Positions 49,566-59,078 of a stretch of 59,693 nucleotides of DNA are shown here, piece by piece. Where the stretch lies: contig JBLWVX010000015.1 of assembly GCA_048268245.1 (NCBI GenBank), positions 1 to 59,693 of the forward strand, written 5' to 3'. The DNA is from Arcobacteraceae bacterium (GTDB lineage Bacteria > Campylobacterota > Campylobacteria > Campylobacterales > Arcobacteraceae). The stretch's first letter is position 1. The number at the start of each line of letters is the position of its first letter. The translations under genes and the position numbers were made by a program. The notes beneath the pieces are model-generated. The model searched no databases. It saw nothing but the letters and a program-made list of their open reading frames with translations, and was not told the DNA's origin.

Positions 49566-51248
49566 ATACAAAATAGATTAATAAATGATACTATCTATAA
49601 TCATATAGAGTACACAAAATTAGAAGATAAGTTATTACAGACAAAAATAGTAAATAGATTACAATTTATCACACAAAATGCATTAGCATATTTTTCTTAC
49701 CCGTCTATTACAACAAAGAGGTTTATACATTCACTTGGGACTATGCATTTAGCTTCATTTATGTTTAAAAACTCTCTTTTAAATGCAAATAAAAAAACAA
49801 AAAACGATTTTTTAGATTCACTAAAAGATGTAATACTAAAAATCATTGAAGAAGAAGCTTTAAAACTTGATTTAAAAGATATGGAGTATTTTGATAACAA
49901 AGCTTTGTATCAATTTAATATTCCTACAAAATCAAAAGCTCATAGAGTTTCATACTGTATTGTTTTACAGACTATTAGAATAGTAGGACTTTTACATGAT
50001 GTAGGACATCTTCCTTTCTCTCATCAAATAGAGTATGCCTTAAAAAAGGTTTATAGAAAGATTATAGAAAAAGAAGTGAATAAAGAGAGCTTACTTAAAA
50101 AAGAGCTTGAATTTAAAGCTAAATATGAGGAAATAACTCAAGACTCACAAGAAGTACTTCATGAAGCAATAGGAAAAAACCTTTTAACACTTCTTTTTGA
50201 TTATGAAGTAGAAGATTTACTTAAAAAAAGTATAGATAAAGAGTATATAAAACTAATAAAAAAACTATGTCTACTAATACTAGAAGAAAAAGTTTATAAT
50301 GGTTTTGACTTTAAAGTTTTACATAATTATATAGATAGTACTGTTGATGCTGATAGACTTGATTATGTAAATAGAGATATGCTTGCAAGTGGATATATTA
50401 CAGGACCAAGTGATCATATTAGAATCACAAAACAAGCTGTGTTAGTTGAACAAAACAATAAATTCTATTTAAGTTTCTTTGATATGTCACTAATTGACAT
50501 AGAACATATGTTAGAAATGAGATTTAATTTATATAAAAAAGTAATTTATAATCATGGTATTGCAAAAACAGATGCTCTTTTAGAAAATGTAGTTTTATAT
50601 TTATCAAACAACTATTTTAATGACAAAATTAAATCTGCAAATAATGAAGATAACATATCAATGCTTTGGAACTTTAATGAAGATAAAGATGTAGAAAAAC
50701 AACTAGATACTATTTCAATGCTTGATGAAAACTGGTTAATTTCACTATTCAAGAAAGAGTATTTTTATATCAAAGATAAAAAAATATTAACAGCACAAGA
50801 CAAGAAATATCTTTGCTGTTTTGAAGAAGTACTTTTTGGAAAAAGAAGATTTAAATCACACTGGAAAAATCTAAATGAGTTTTATAAAGAGCTAGGTTTT
50901 GAAACAGTTCAAAGATATAAATTTAGAGAGAGTTTTGGATATATAACTGAAAATAGAGCTAAAACACTACAAAAAGAGTTAGATGCATTCACTAAAAGAT
51001 GGGAAAATAAAAAAGATGAACTATTTTTTACTTACCAAATAGTATCATTTAAAATTGGTATTCAAAAAGATTTCTGCTTATATGATGGTGAATCTTTAAT
51101 TGATATAGATGAAATTTCAACTCTTAGAAAAAGACTTAAACACTCTATGTTAAATACTGTACCTTTTTATATTTACTCAAATAAAAAAACACTAAATGAA
51201 ACTATGAAAAAAGAGCTAAAAGAGATTATCCTTAAGATTTTCGCTTAA
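49566..51248 (+). CDS. HD-domain phosphohydrolase (dNTPase-like), probable ATA start
   Basis: Frame open from 49557; AAGGA-N6-ATA; the extension encodes NRLQFITQ..YPS...RFIHSLGTMH; LLHDVGHLPFSH, DADRLDY..RD. Confidence 0.85.
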   Translation: MQNRLINDTIYNHIEYTKLEDKLLQTKIVNRLQFITQNALAYFSYPSITTKRFIHSLGTMHLASFMFKNSLLNANKKTKNDFLDSLKDVILKIIEEEALKLDLKDMEYFDNKALYQFNIPTKSKAHRVSYCIVLQTIRIVGLLHDVGHLPFSHQIEYALKKVYRKIIEKEVNKESLLKKELEFKAKYEEITQDSQEVLHEAIGKNLLTLLFDYEVEDLLKKSIDKEYIKLIKKLCLLILEEKVYNGFDFKVLHNYIDSTVDADRLDYVNRDMLASGYITGPSDHIRITKQAVLVEQNNKFYLSFFDMSLIDIEHMLEMRFNLYKKVIYNHGIAKTDALLENVVLYLSNNYFNDKIKSANNEDNISMLWNFNEDKDVEKQLDTISMLDENWLISLFKKEYFYIKDKKILTAQDKKYLCCFEEVLFGKRRFKSHWKNLNEFYKELGFETVQRYKFRESFGYITENRAKTLQKELDAFTKRWENKKDELFFTYQIVSFKIGIQKDFCLYDGESLIDIDEISTLRKRLKHSMLNTVPFYIYSNKKTLNETMKKELKEIILKIFA

Positions 51249-51334
51249 GCTCTTAAATCTATATTTCAATCTGTAATACTTTATACAAAAATAAACTTTT
51301 TTTGTTAAAATTCCATCAAAAAATAGGATATTAG

Positions 51335-51700
51335 ATGATATTAGGAGAGTGCCCTTACTGCAAAGGAATTGTAAGCTCAAGAAATATTACAGCACAAGGT
51401 AAAAAAATAAAACTTTACTCATGTGAAAATGCAAAGAAAGAGTATGATGAAAGTGAACAGTACGTATTTACTGCTGATTCTACATGTAGATTTAGAGTTT
51501 ACTCAAATGCTTTTTTAAGATGGAATAAAAGAAGTTTTAGTGAAAGAGAAATGAAAAAATTATTACAAGATGGTCAAACTATTATACGACTTCATGGAAG
51601 AAAAGGATCAGGAGAGTATTTTAAATATGTAATTCCTGATGAAGAGTATGGAGTATCTATTTTATGGGATGAAGAAGTAGAGAATAAAGATACTTATTAA
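51335..51700 (+). CDS. Small zinc-ribbon-like hypothetical protein
   Basis: LGECPYC...YSCEN...CRF. Confidence 0.7.
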   Translation: MILGECPYCKGIVSSRNITAQGKKIKLYSCENAKKEYDESEQYVFTADSTCRFRVYSNAFLRWNKRSFSEREMKKLLQDGQTIIRLHGRKGSGEYFKYVIPDEEYGVSILWDEEVENKDTY

Positions 51701-51770
51701 TTATATAAAACATATTTTATCAAGTCTATTTTATAGCAACAATGTTATAATCTTCATTATATTTAAATAT

Positions 51771-52256
51771 ATGGAGTCTATATTGAAGTACTTATTATTT
51801 TTTACACTATTATTTTGCTCACTTTTTGCTAAAGATGACATGTCAAAAAAAACTATTAAATTTACAGGAGAAGTAAAAGAGCATATAAAAAAAAGAGTTT
51901 CTATAAAAGAGATTGAAAAATTAGGACTTCAAACATATAATGTTTTAGACCCATACACAAAGAAAAAAACAAACTACTCAGGTGTTGATTTAAAAGTATT
52001 TGCAAACTACTTTGGGAAAAATAGTGTAAAAAACATTGATTTTAAAGCACTAGATGGATATCAAATTACAATAACAAAAAAAGAGTGGGAAAAATATAAT
52101 ATCCTTTTAGTAACAAGAATTAAAAATAAAATTGTTGGATATGATAAAAAAGGTCCTCTAAGAATAGTCTTTCCTAAATACCAAGTTGCTGATGAAAACT
52201 TTGCAAAAAATCTACCCAAATGGATTTGGATGATAAAAAGCATTAAATTTAAGTAG
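51771..52256 (+). CDS. Secreted molybdopterin-oxidoreductase-fold (PruR-like) protein
   Basis: Signal peptide, ALDGY, GPLRIVFP, WIWMIKSI; 4 nt before a histidine kinase. Confidence 0.65.
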   Translation: MESILKYLLFFTLLFCSLFAKDDMSKKTIKFTGEVKEHIKKRVSIKEIEKLGLQTYNVLDPYTKKKTNYSGVDLKVFANYFGKNSVKNIDFKALDGYQITITKKEWEKYNILLVTRIKNKIVGYDKKGPLRIVFPKYQVADENFAKNLPKWIWMIKSIKFK

Positions 52257-52260
52257 TTAT

Positions 52261-53598
52261 ATGAAAAGCAAGTTTTTATATATTTTATTTTTTATACTTT
52301 TTTTAGCAATTAGTGCTTCTTACTTTTGGTATGGATATACAAAATACGTACCTATGAAAGTAAATGAAGTAGGGAAATTTTTCATTACCAATGAATCAGT
52401 AAGACATATTTTAAAAGTATCTATCTTAAATGAAAAAGCTTATAATCTCGCAATTAAAGGCTTTTTGAAAAATGATGAAGATTTAATTTATGATAGTTTA
52501 GACTATCTTGAAGCCTCGCTTGGTTTTTTATATGCCTTTGAATTAAAAAATTATAAAGATATAGATAAATTAAAAAATCATATTTTAAATTCAATTTCAA
52601 TATTAGAAAAAAACTTACTTAAATTAACTTCAAATAATAGAAAAACTCTTTTTCAAAATAAACAAGAAGTAAATAAGATAGTTGAACATATTGAAAAAAT
52701 TAAATGGAATCAACTTCATAAACAAGTAGTTGTAGATGAAACTAAAAAATTTAAGATTATAGTTCTTTTAATATATACACTTGTTTCTATAATAATATTA
52801 CTTATTATATTAATATATATTTTTAAGAAGAAATCTAAACTAGAACAAGAAAGAATAAGAGACCAAAAGCTTCTATTAAATCAATCAAAAATTGCAGCTA
52901 TTGGGGAGATGCTTGGAAACATTGCACATCAATGGAGACAACCTTTATCTGTGATTACAACACTTGCTAGTGGTACAAAATTTTCATTAGAAATAAATAA
53001 TGAACTAAAAAAAGATGAGCTCATCCAAGCCTCTGATAATATCATAAAACAAGCAAACTACTTATCTAAGACTATTGATGATTTTAGAAGCTTTTTTATG
53101 GCTGATAGTGAATCTATGAATATTATAAGCATTAAAAAAGTGATTAATGATTTAGAATCTTTAACTAAAAATGTTTTCGAAAACAACTTCATAAAAACTC
53201 AGATTACAATCGATAAAAATCATGATTTATACTCAAATGAGAGTATCTTAATTCAAGCCTTTATAAATATTTGTAATAATGCAAAAGATGCCTTTAAACA
53301 AAAAGAGATAAAAACAGAAGACAGATACTTTTTTATTGATATTAAACAAAAAGACAAATACTTACAAATTGAGTTTTTAGATAGTGCAAAGGGAATAAAA
53401 GAAGAAGTTCTAAATAAAGTCTTTGAACCATACTTTACAACAAAGCACAAATCATTGGGTACAGGAATAGGCCTTTACATGTCTCATGAGCTTATCTCAA
53501 AATATTGTAAAGGCACTATTAGTGTTTGTAATCATCTTTATACACATGAAAACAAAAAGCTAAAAGGTGCAAAATTTACTATAGTAATTCCCCTATAG
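52261..53598 (+). CDS. Membrane sensor histidine kinase
   Basis: Two TM segments, NIAHQWRQPL, FEPYFTTK, GTGIGLY. Confidence 0.9.
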   Translation: MKSKFLYILFFILFLAISASYFWYGYTKYVPMKVNEVGKFFITNESVRHILKVSILNEKAYNLAIKGFLKNDEDLIYDSLDYLEASLGFLYAFELKNYKDIDKLKNHILNSISILEKNLLKLTSNNRKTLFQNKQEVNKIVEHIEKIKWNQLHKQVVVDETKKFKIIVLLIYTLVSIIILLIILIYIFKKKSKLEQERIRDQKLLLNQSKIAAIGEMLGNIAHQWRQPLSVITTLASGTKFSLEINNELKKDELIQASDNIIKQANYLSKTIDDFRSFFMADSESMNIISIKKVINDLESLTKNVFENNFIKTQITIDKNHDLYSNESILIQAFINICNNAKDAFKQKEIKTEDRYFFIDIKQKDKYLQIEFLDSAKGIKEEVLNKVFEPYFTTKHKSLGTGIGLYMSHELISKYCKGTISVCNHLYTHENKKLKGAKFTIVIPL

Positions 53599-54168
53599 CA
53601 TATGCCCAAAATGTTCTTTCTTAGTATTTAAATAGTTTTTATTAAACTCATTTACCTCTGTGATAGCAGGAATTCTTTCAACTATTTTTACACCTAAAGA
53701 GTTTATATATTCTATTTTCTTTGGGTTGTTTGTAATAAGCTTAATACTACTTATATCTAAGTCTTCAAAAATAAACTTAACTACACTATAATCTCTTTCA
53801 TCTTCTGCAAATCCAAGTTCTAAATTAGCCTCTACAGTATTTCTTCCCTTATCTTGAAGAGCATAAGCATTTATTTTATTTAATAAACCTATATTTCGTC
53901 CTTCTTGTCTGTGATATATCACTAAACCACCTTGCTTTGAAATGAAATTTAATGCTAAGTCTAATTGATTTTGACAATCGCATTTTAAACTTCCTAATGC
54001 ATCACCTGTTAGACATTCGCTATGTACTCGTACATAAGGATTTTCTATTTGAGTAAAATTTTCACTCATAATCGCTAAATGTTCTTGATTATCTTGCTTA
54101 TAAGCTTTAATAAAAAACTTTCCATGTTTAGATGGAAGTTTTGCAATATTTGATTTTATAATTTCCAT
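53593..54168 (-). CDS. ribA: GTP cyclohydrolase II
   Basis: RVHSECLTGDALGSLKCDC, QEGRNIGL, ITNNP. Confidence 0.95.
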   Translation of the reverse strand: MEIIKSNIAKLPSKHGKFFIKAYKQDNQEHLAIMSENFTQIENPYVRVHSECLTGDALGSLKCDCQNQLDLALNFISKQGGLVIYHRQEGRNIGLLNKINAYALQDKGRNTVEANLELGFAEDERDYSVVKFIFEDLDISSIKLITNNPKKIEYINSLGVKIVERIPAITEVNEFNKNYLNTKKEHFGHML

Positions 54169-54190
54169 AATTTATTCTTATTTATTTTTT

Positions 54191-54205
54191 TGCAACTAAG
54201 TTGCA
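54191..54205. promoter_or_regulatory. 7-1-7 palindrome upstream of ribA
   Basis: TGCAACT-A-AGTTGCA. Confidence 0.4.
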
Positions 54206-54263
54206 TAAATATATTATAATAAGTTTTTCTTAAAGAGGAGTAAATCTATCTTGTTTTGAAGTA

Positions 54264-54288
54264 TAAAAGAGAGTTAAACTCTCTTTTA
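54264..54288 (-). terminator. Terminator after ppiC
   Basis: TAAAAGAGAGTT-A-AACTCTCTTTTA. Confidence 0.7.
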
Positions 54289-54289
54289 A

Positions 54290-54571
54290 TTAGTCGTTTC
54301 TAGCAGTTGTTTCTAATAAGTGGTATCCAAATTGTGTTTGAACTGGTCCGTGAACTACATTTAATTCATCATTAAATACTACTTTATCAAATTCTGGAAC
54401 CATTTGACCTTGGAAAAATGTACCTAAATCTCCACCTTGTGCACCTGATGGACATTTTGAATACTCTTTTGCAACATCTTCAAACTTTTCACCATTTGCA
54501 ATTCTTTGTTTTAATTCATTACATAATTCTTCTGATTCTACTAATAAGTGTCTTGCACTTGCTGATTTCAT
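54290..54571 (-). CDS. ppiC: Parvulin-type peptidyl-prolyl isomerase
   Basis: ARHLLV, SKCPSGAQGGDLG, QMVPEFD, TQFGYH. Confidence 0.93.
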   Translation of the reverse strand: MKSASARHLLVESEELCNELKQRIANGEKFEDVAKEYSKCPSGAQGGDLGTFFQGQMVPEFDKVVFNDELNVVHGPVQTQFGYHLLETTARND

Positions 54572-54613
54572 TTTAATTCCTTTTATTTTTTAAAAGCAAA
54601 ATTCTAGCATAAA

Positions 54614-57058
54614 TCAATTAAAAAACTCTACTGAGTTTTTACCTTGTTTTTTAGCTGCATACATTGCTGTATCTGCCTGTTTTATAATATCTCTTGCTGT
54701 TACAGAAGAGTCTTTAAATAAAGTAACCCCAATACTTGGAGTTGATATATTTTTATGTCCATGTATATACTCGATACTATTTAAAGACTCTTTTATTTTT
54801 TGAGCTAAGATAGCCAAATTCTCTTTTGCTTCATCACTATTTGATCCAATACAATCAACTAATACTATAAATTCATCTCCACCAATTCTAGCAATTGTAT
54901 CTTCTTGACGTATACTTTCTTTTAACTTTTGAGCTACAGCAAATAAAAGTTTATCCCCTATATCATGTCCTAAAGTATCATTTATTTGTTTGAAGTTATC
55001 AAGATCAATAAAAATAAGACCCCCAACAATATCATGTCTTATAGTTTTTGTAATTGCATGTTCAATTCTATCTAGCAATAATAATCTATTTGGTAATCCA
55101 GTAAGATTATCATGAGTAGCTTGATATTCTAATACTTTTTGTTTATCTATTTGTTCACTAATATCAATATACTGCCCTAAATAGTGAGTTACTAGTCCTT
55201 CATTGTCTTTTATTGCTGTAATTGTTGATCTTAAAGGTATCTTTTTCTTATCTTTTTTTGTATTGTAAATTTCACCAGACCATGACCCATTTTTTGTTAA
55301 ATCATACCAAAGTTTATTATAAAACTCTTTATCTTGATGCTTTGATTTAAACATACTAGGACGTCTTCCAATTACATCTTTTTTACTATATCCCATTACC
55401 TTACAAAAAGCATTATTTGCATTAATTATAAACGAGTCTTTATCTGTAATAATCATAGGTTCATTTGACTCAAAAGCATAAGATGCAAGTCTTAATTCAG
55501 CTTCTTGATCTTTTCTTGTTTTTTCATACTCAATTCTTTCTAAAGTATGACTCATGTCATTTATCATTTTTCCAAAAAGAATTTCTATTTCTTCATCAAA
55601 AAACTCTTTTTCATTTGAGTATAAAACTAAAACCGAATCAATTTTTTCAAATTTTTTAATAGGAAAAGCTGCAGAAGATTTTATATCATATGTTCCAGCA
55701 ACATCAGTTAATACTGAAATATTATCTTCTTCATAATCATTAACAATTATATTATTGTTTGATTCTAATACTTTTTTAATTAAGTTGTCTCTTTTTTCTT
55801 CACGTCTAAGTTTCTCATTTAAAAGATCTTTAAGTTCACCCTCTTGAGCAATAACTTTAAAATTATTATGTCTTTTTATCTTATAAATAAACCCAAATGA
55901 CATATTTCTATTCTCATAAATTAATTTACATATTTCAGAAAACAACTCTTTTTCATTATTGATTTTTATTAAAAACTTATTTGTTTTATTTAGAAGTTTA
56001 TATACTTCTTGTTGTTTTTTAATTTTATTAAAACTCTTTTGTTCATTTGAAACAATATTTCTTAAAACAAAGAAAAGACTAATTAATGTTAAAAAAGACA
56101 CTAATAGGAATGCTAAGCTAAATATCTGTGCCATATAAGCTTCTGTTTGTAAATCTTTTGAATATTTAGAAGTTTCTAGTACTACAAAGTCATAAATATC
56201 GTTTAGTACTTCAATTTTAACACTTGCTATTTCCCACCATTGAGTTAAAGTGATATCTGTAGGAATTTTATTATTTAATAAAGAATTTTTTACTTCATTT
56301 ACTTTTTTTACTTCATCTAATTGTAAAAGAGAGTTTAACTTCTCTACTTCTTTTTTACTTGCTTTAATAAAAAATTGTTTTATGTTCTCTTGTTCTAAAA
56401 CAATATTTTTTTGTAATTCATTTATTGTTTGTTGTTCTATATTATTAGAAGCAAAAGCCATAGCTATAATTCCTCTTTGAATAGCCATGTTCTCTTTTAA
56501 GACTAGTAGATTTACTAAATATGAGAATCTATTATTAAAATCTGTAGCCGAATTTACTGGTTTTATAGTTGTTAAACTATTTATTAAATAATTTATTATG
56601 TTTGTATAATCTCGAAAAATAGAACTTTTACTATTTTTATTAGCACTCAGTACACTTTGTCTTATTGGTTCAAGCTTATATAGTTTAAGTTTAATATCGT
56701 TTATGTTCTCAATTGTTTTATTATTTAACTCTAAGTTTAAAGTTCTATTCAAATAGTTTTCATAAGCACTATTTGTAAGTGCTTTTTGTTGGTTTAATTG
56801 TTCTAGATTTTTTTTCGAATGTATATAAATAGCACTTATTCCTCTTTCGCGCTGTAAAGAATGAATCAATTTTTGAGAGATTAATGTATACTGAATATTT
56901 TTTTGTACATTTTTTACTTCATTTAAAGTTTGTACTTTTTCATAAACTAAAACTGTACTAAAATAAAGCATACCTATTGCAGGTAAAGTAAAAACTAAAA
57001 TAATTTTAAGGAAAAGTGTATTTTTAAGTAGAAAATAGTTTAAAATTTTATTTATCAT
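54614..57058 (-). CDS. NIT-GAF-PAS-GGDEF diguanylate cyclase
   Basis: HSLQRERG (NIT), PAS, DNLTGLPNR, RIGGDEF. Confidence 0.9.
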   Translation of the reverse strand: MINKILNYFLLKNTLFLKIILVFTLPAIGMLYFSTVLVYEKVQTLNEVKNVQKNIQYTLISQKLIHSLQRERGISAIYIHSKKNLEQLNQQKALTNSAYENYLNRTLNLELNNKTIENINDIKLKLYKLEPIRQSVLSANKNSKSSIFRDYTNIINYLINSLTTIKPVNSATDFNNRFSYLVNLLVLKENMAIQRGIIAMAFASNNIEQQTINELQKNIVLEQENIKQFFIKASKKEVEKLNSLLQLDEVKKVNEVKNSLLNNKIPTDITLTQWWEIASVKIEVLNDIYDFVVLETSKYSKDLQTEAYMAQIFSLAFLLVSFLTLISLFFVLRNIVSNEQKSFNKIKKQQEVYKLLNKTNKFLIKINNEKELFSEICKLIYENRNMSFGFIYKIKRHNNFKVIAQEGELKDLLNEKLRREEKRDNLIKKVLESNNNIIVNDYEEDNISVLTDVAGTYDIKSSAAFPIKKFEKIDSVLVLYSNEKEFFDEEIEILFGKMINDMSHTLERIEYEKTRKDQEAELRLASYAFESNEPMIITDKDSFIINANNAFCKVMGYSKKDVIGRRPSMFKSKHQDKEFYNKLWYDLTKNGSWSGEIYNTKKDKKKIPLRSTITAIKDNEGLVTHYLGQYIDISEQIDKQKVLEYQATHDNLTGLPNRLLLLDRIEHAITKTIRHDIVGGLIFIDLDNFKQINDTLGHDIGDKLLFAVAQKLKESIRQEDTIARIGGDEFIVLVDCIGSNSDEAKENLAILAQKIKESLNSIEYIHGHKNISTPSIGVTLFKDSSVTARDIIKQADTAMYAAKKQGKNSVEFFN

Positions 57059-57168
57059 ATGTATTATATTTCTCCCAATTATTTAATTATATTAAAAAAG
57101 TTCTAAAAGTGAAGAATGAAAATACTCTCATCAACACTTTTAAAAACTTGGTTACTTTTCGAAATATA

Positions 57169-58536
57169 TTACTTTATAAAAACTCTAAAATATTTTCCTT
57201 TAATTCTTTTATTACTTAAGCCATCATGTGCTTTTTTTATATCTTCTTTTTTTATTGCTACATATGAACAAAAATCATAAGATGTGATTTTACCAACACT
57301 TGTTTTATCAAGACCAAGACCTGCTGTTAAAGCACCTAAAATATCCCCTGCTCTTAATTTTTGTTTTTTTCCACCATTTATAAATAGTGTTCTGTATTCA
57401 CTATCAATTTTAAAAGATGAGTTCTCTTTAATATTTGAGATTTCATTAAATTTAATATCATCAAAAAACTCTTTTAAATCCTCTATTTTTTCTTCTTCCC
57501 AAGTTTCATATAAAGATATTGCCATACCACCTTTACCAGCTCTTGCTGTTCTTCCAATTCTATGGGTATGAACTTTTTCATCTCTTGCTAAATCATAATT
57601 TATTACTAAATCAATATCATCAATATGTAAACCTCTTGAAGCTACATCTGTTGCAATCAAGATAGGATATGACTTACTTGCAAATAAAGTTATCACTTCA
57701 TCTCTATCTCTTTGCTCTAAATCAGAATGTAGTGTTAAAACATCTAAATCTAACTCATATAATTCATCAGCTAACTCTTCACATTTAACTTTTGTATTAC
57801 AAAATATTAGAGTTGTATTTGCTTCATTTGAACTAATTAATGATGGAATTATTGAAGTCTTTATAGCTTCATCTGCCTTATATACAATCTGTTTGATATT
57901 TACTTTTTCTTCATCTTCAACTTCTACTTTTACAGGTTCATTTAAAACAAATGAAGCTAAACTTTCAATTCCTTCTTCATAAGTTGCTGAAAATAGCATA
58001 GATTGTTTTTGTTTTGGAAGCTCATCAATAATTAACTTGATATCATCAAAAAATCCCATATCAAGCATTTTATCTGCTTCATCCAAAACAAATGTATTTA
58101 ATGATTCAAAATTTATATTCTCTTCATTTATATGTTGCAGTACTCTTCCTGGAGTTCCTACAATTATGTGTGCCCCATGAAAAAGTGAAGCCACTTGTGG
58201 TTTAAAGGGAACTCCACCTGTTAAAGTTAAAACTTTTACATTATGAATATGACGTGATAACTTTCTTATTTCTTGCGCTATTTGATTTGCTAACTCTCTT
58301 GTAGGAGCCAAAACTAAGGACTGTATTTTAAATTTTTTAACATCTAACTTATTTACTATAGGTATTGAAAAAGCTACTGTTTTTCCTGAACCTGTTTTTG
58401 CTTTTGCAATAATATCTTTATTACTTAAAGTATGAGGCAAAGACAACTCTTGTATCTTTGTCATCTGTTTATACTCTAAAGAGTCTAAGTTCTTTACAAA
58501 CTCATCTTTTAAATTTAATTGATTAAATGTAGAAAT
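57169..58536 (-). CDS. dbpA: ATP-dependent RNA helicase DbpA, probable ATT start
   Basis: AKTGSGKT, PTRELA, DEAD, SAT, HRIGRTAR, C-terminal GGKKQKLRAGDILGAL; Q-motif region STFNQLNL...YKQMT lies upstream of ATG 58464. Confidence 0.9.
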   Translation of the reverse strand: MSTFNQLNLKDEFVKNLDSLEYKQMTKIQELSLPHTLSNKDIIAKAKTGSGKTVAFSIPIVNKLDVKKFKIQSLVLAPTRELANQIAQEIRKLSRHIHNVKVLTLTGGVPFKPQVASLFHGAHIIVGTPGRVLQHINEENINFESLNTFVLDEADKMLDMGFFDDIKLIIDELPKQKQSMLFSATYEEGIESLASFVLNEPVKVEVEDEEKVNIKQIVYKADEAIKTSIIPSLISSNEANTTLIFCNTKVKCEELADELYELDLDVLTLHSDLEQRDRDEVITLFASKSYPILIATDVASRGLHIDDIDLVINYDLARDEKVHTHRIGRTARAGKGGMAISLYETWEEEKIEDLKEFFDDIKFNEISNIKENSSFKIDSEYRTLFINGGKKQKLRAGDILGALTAGLGLDKTSVGKITSYDFCSYVAIKKEDIKKAHDGLSNKRIKGKYFRVFIK

Positions 58537-58546
58537 TTCATAGCCT

Positions 58547-59077
58547 TTATATTTTTTTGAAATAGTAAGAAACTGTAAGAAGTATTACTGCTACAATTCC
58601 TAAACCAACATATTTAAATTCATCTGCTGAACTTAAAATAACTTCACCTGCAGCATAAGAAGCATAACCTACTACACATGCCCAAAGAGCAGTTGCAAAT
58701 ATATTTAAAATAGAAAACTTAACACCTGAGTACTTTGTAAGTCCCATTGCAAGAGGTATTAATGTTTTTATACCATAGATATATTTTTGGAAAAACACTA
58801 CAAATGAGCCATACTTTCTCATAAGTAAATGAGCCATTGCAATTTTTCTACCATATTTTTTCATCATATCTTTAGCATATGATTTATTTTTTCTAGCTAA
58901 AAAGAAAAGAAACTGATCTCCCAAAAAGTTTGATACACCTGCTACTAAGATACAAATATATAAGTTTAAATCACCTGCATAAGATAAAATCCCTGCAAAT
59001 ACTAAACCAACAAAGCCCCCACCAAATGAGTATGCAAAAAGGGCTAAATATCCCCAGTCTCTAATCAATTCTTCCAT
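58547..59077 (-). CDS. DedA family membrane protein
   Basis: LGDQFLFFLAR, KYIYGIKT, hydrophobic helices. Confidence 0.85.
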   Translation of the reverse strand: MEELIRDWGYLALFAYSFGGGFVGLVFAGILSYAGDLNLYICILVAGVSNFLGDQFLFFLARKNKSYAKDMMKKYGRKIAMAHLLMRKYGSFVVFFQKYIYGIKTLIPLAMGLTKYSGVKFSILNIFATALWACVVGYASYAAGEVILSSADEFKYVGLGIVAVILLTVSYYFKKI

Positions 59078-59078
59078 T

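Noticed and set aside
4279..57571. Numerous 60-105 aa antisense or nested ORFs in the track (e.g. 4279, 4534, 4691, 5337, 7938, 8555, 10891, 11781, 15244, 32626, 39868, 43331, 55465, 57284)
   Set aside because: They are shadows of well-supported genes and have no recognisable motifs
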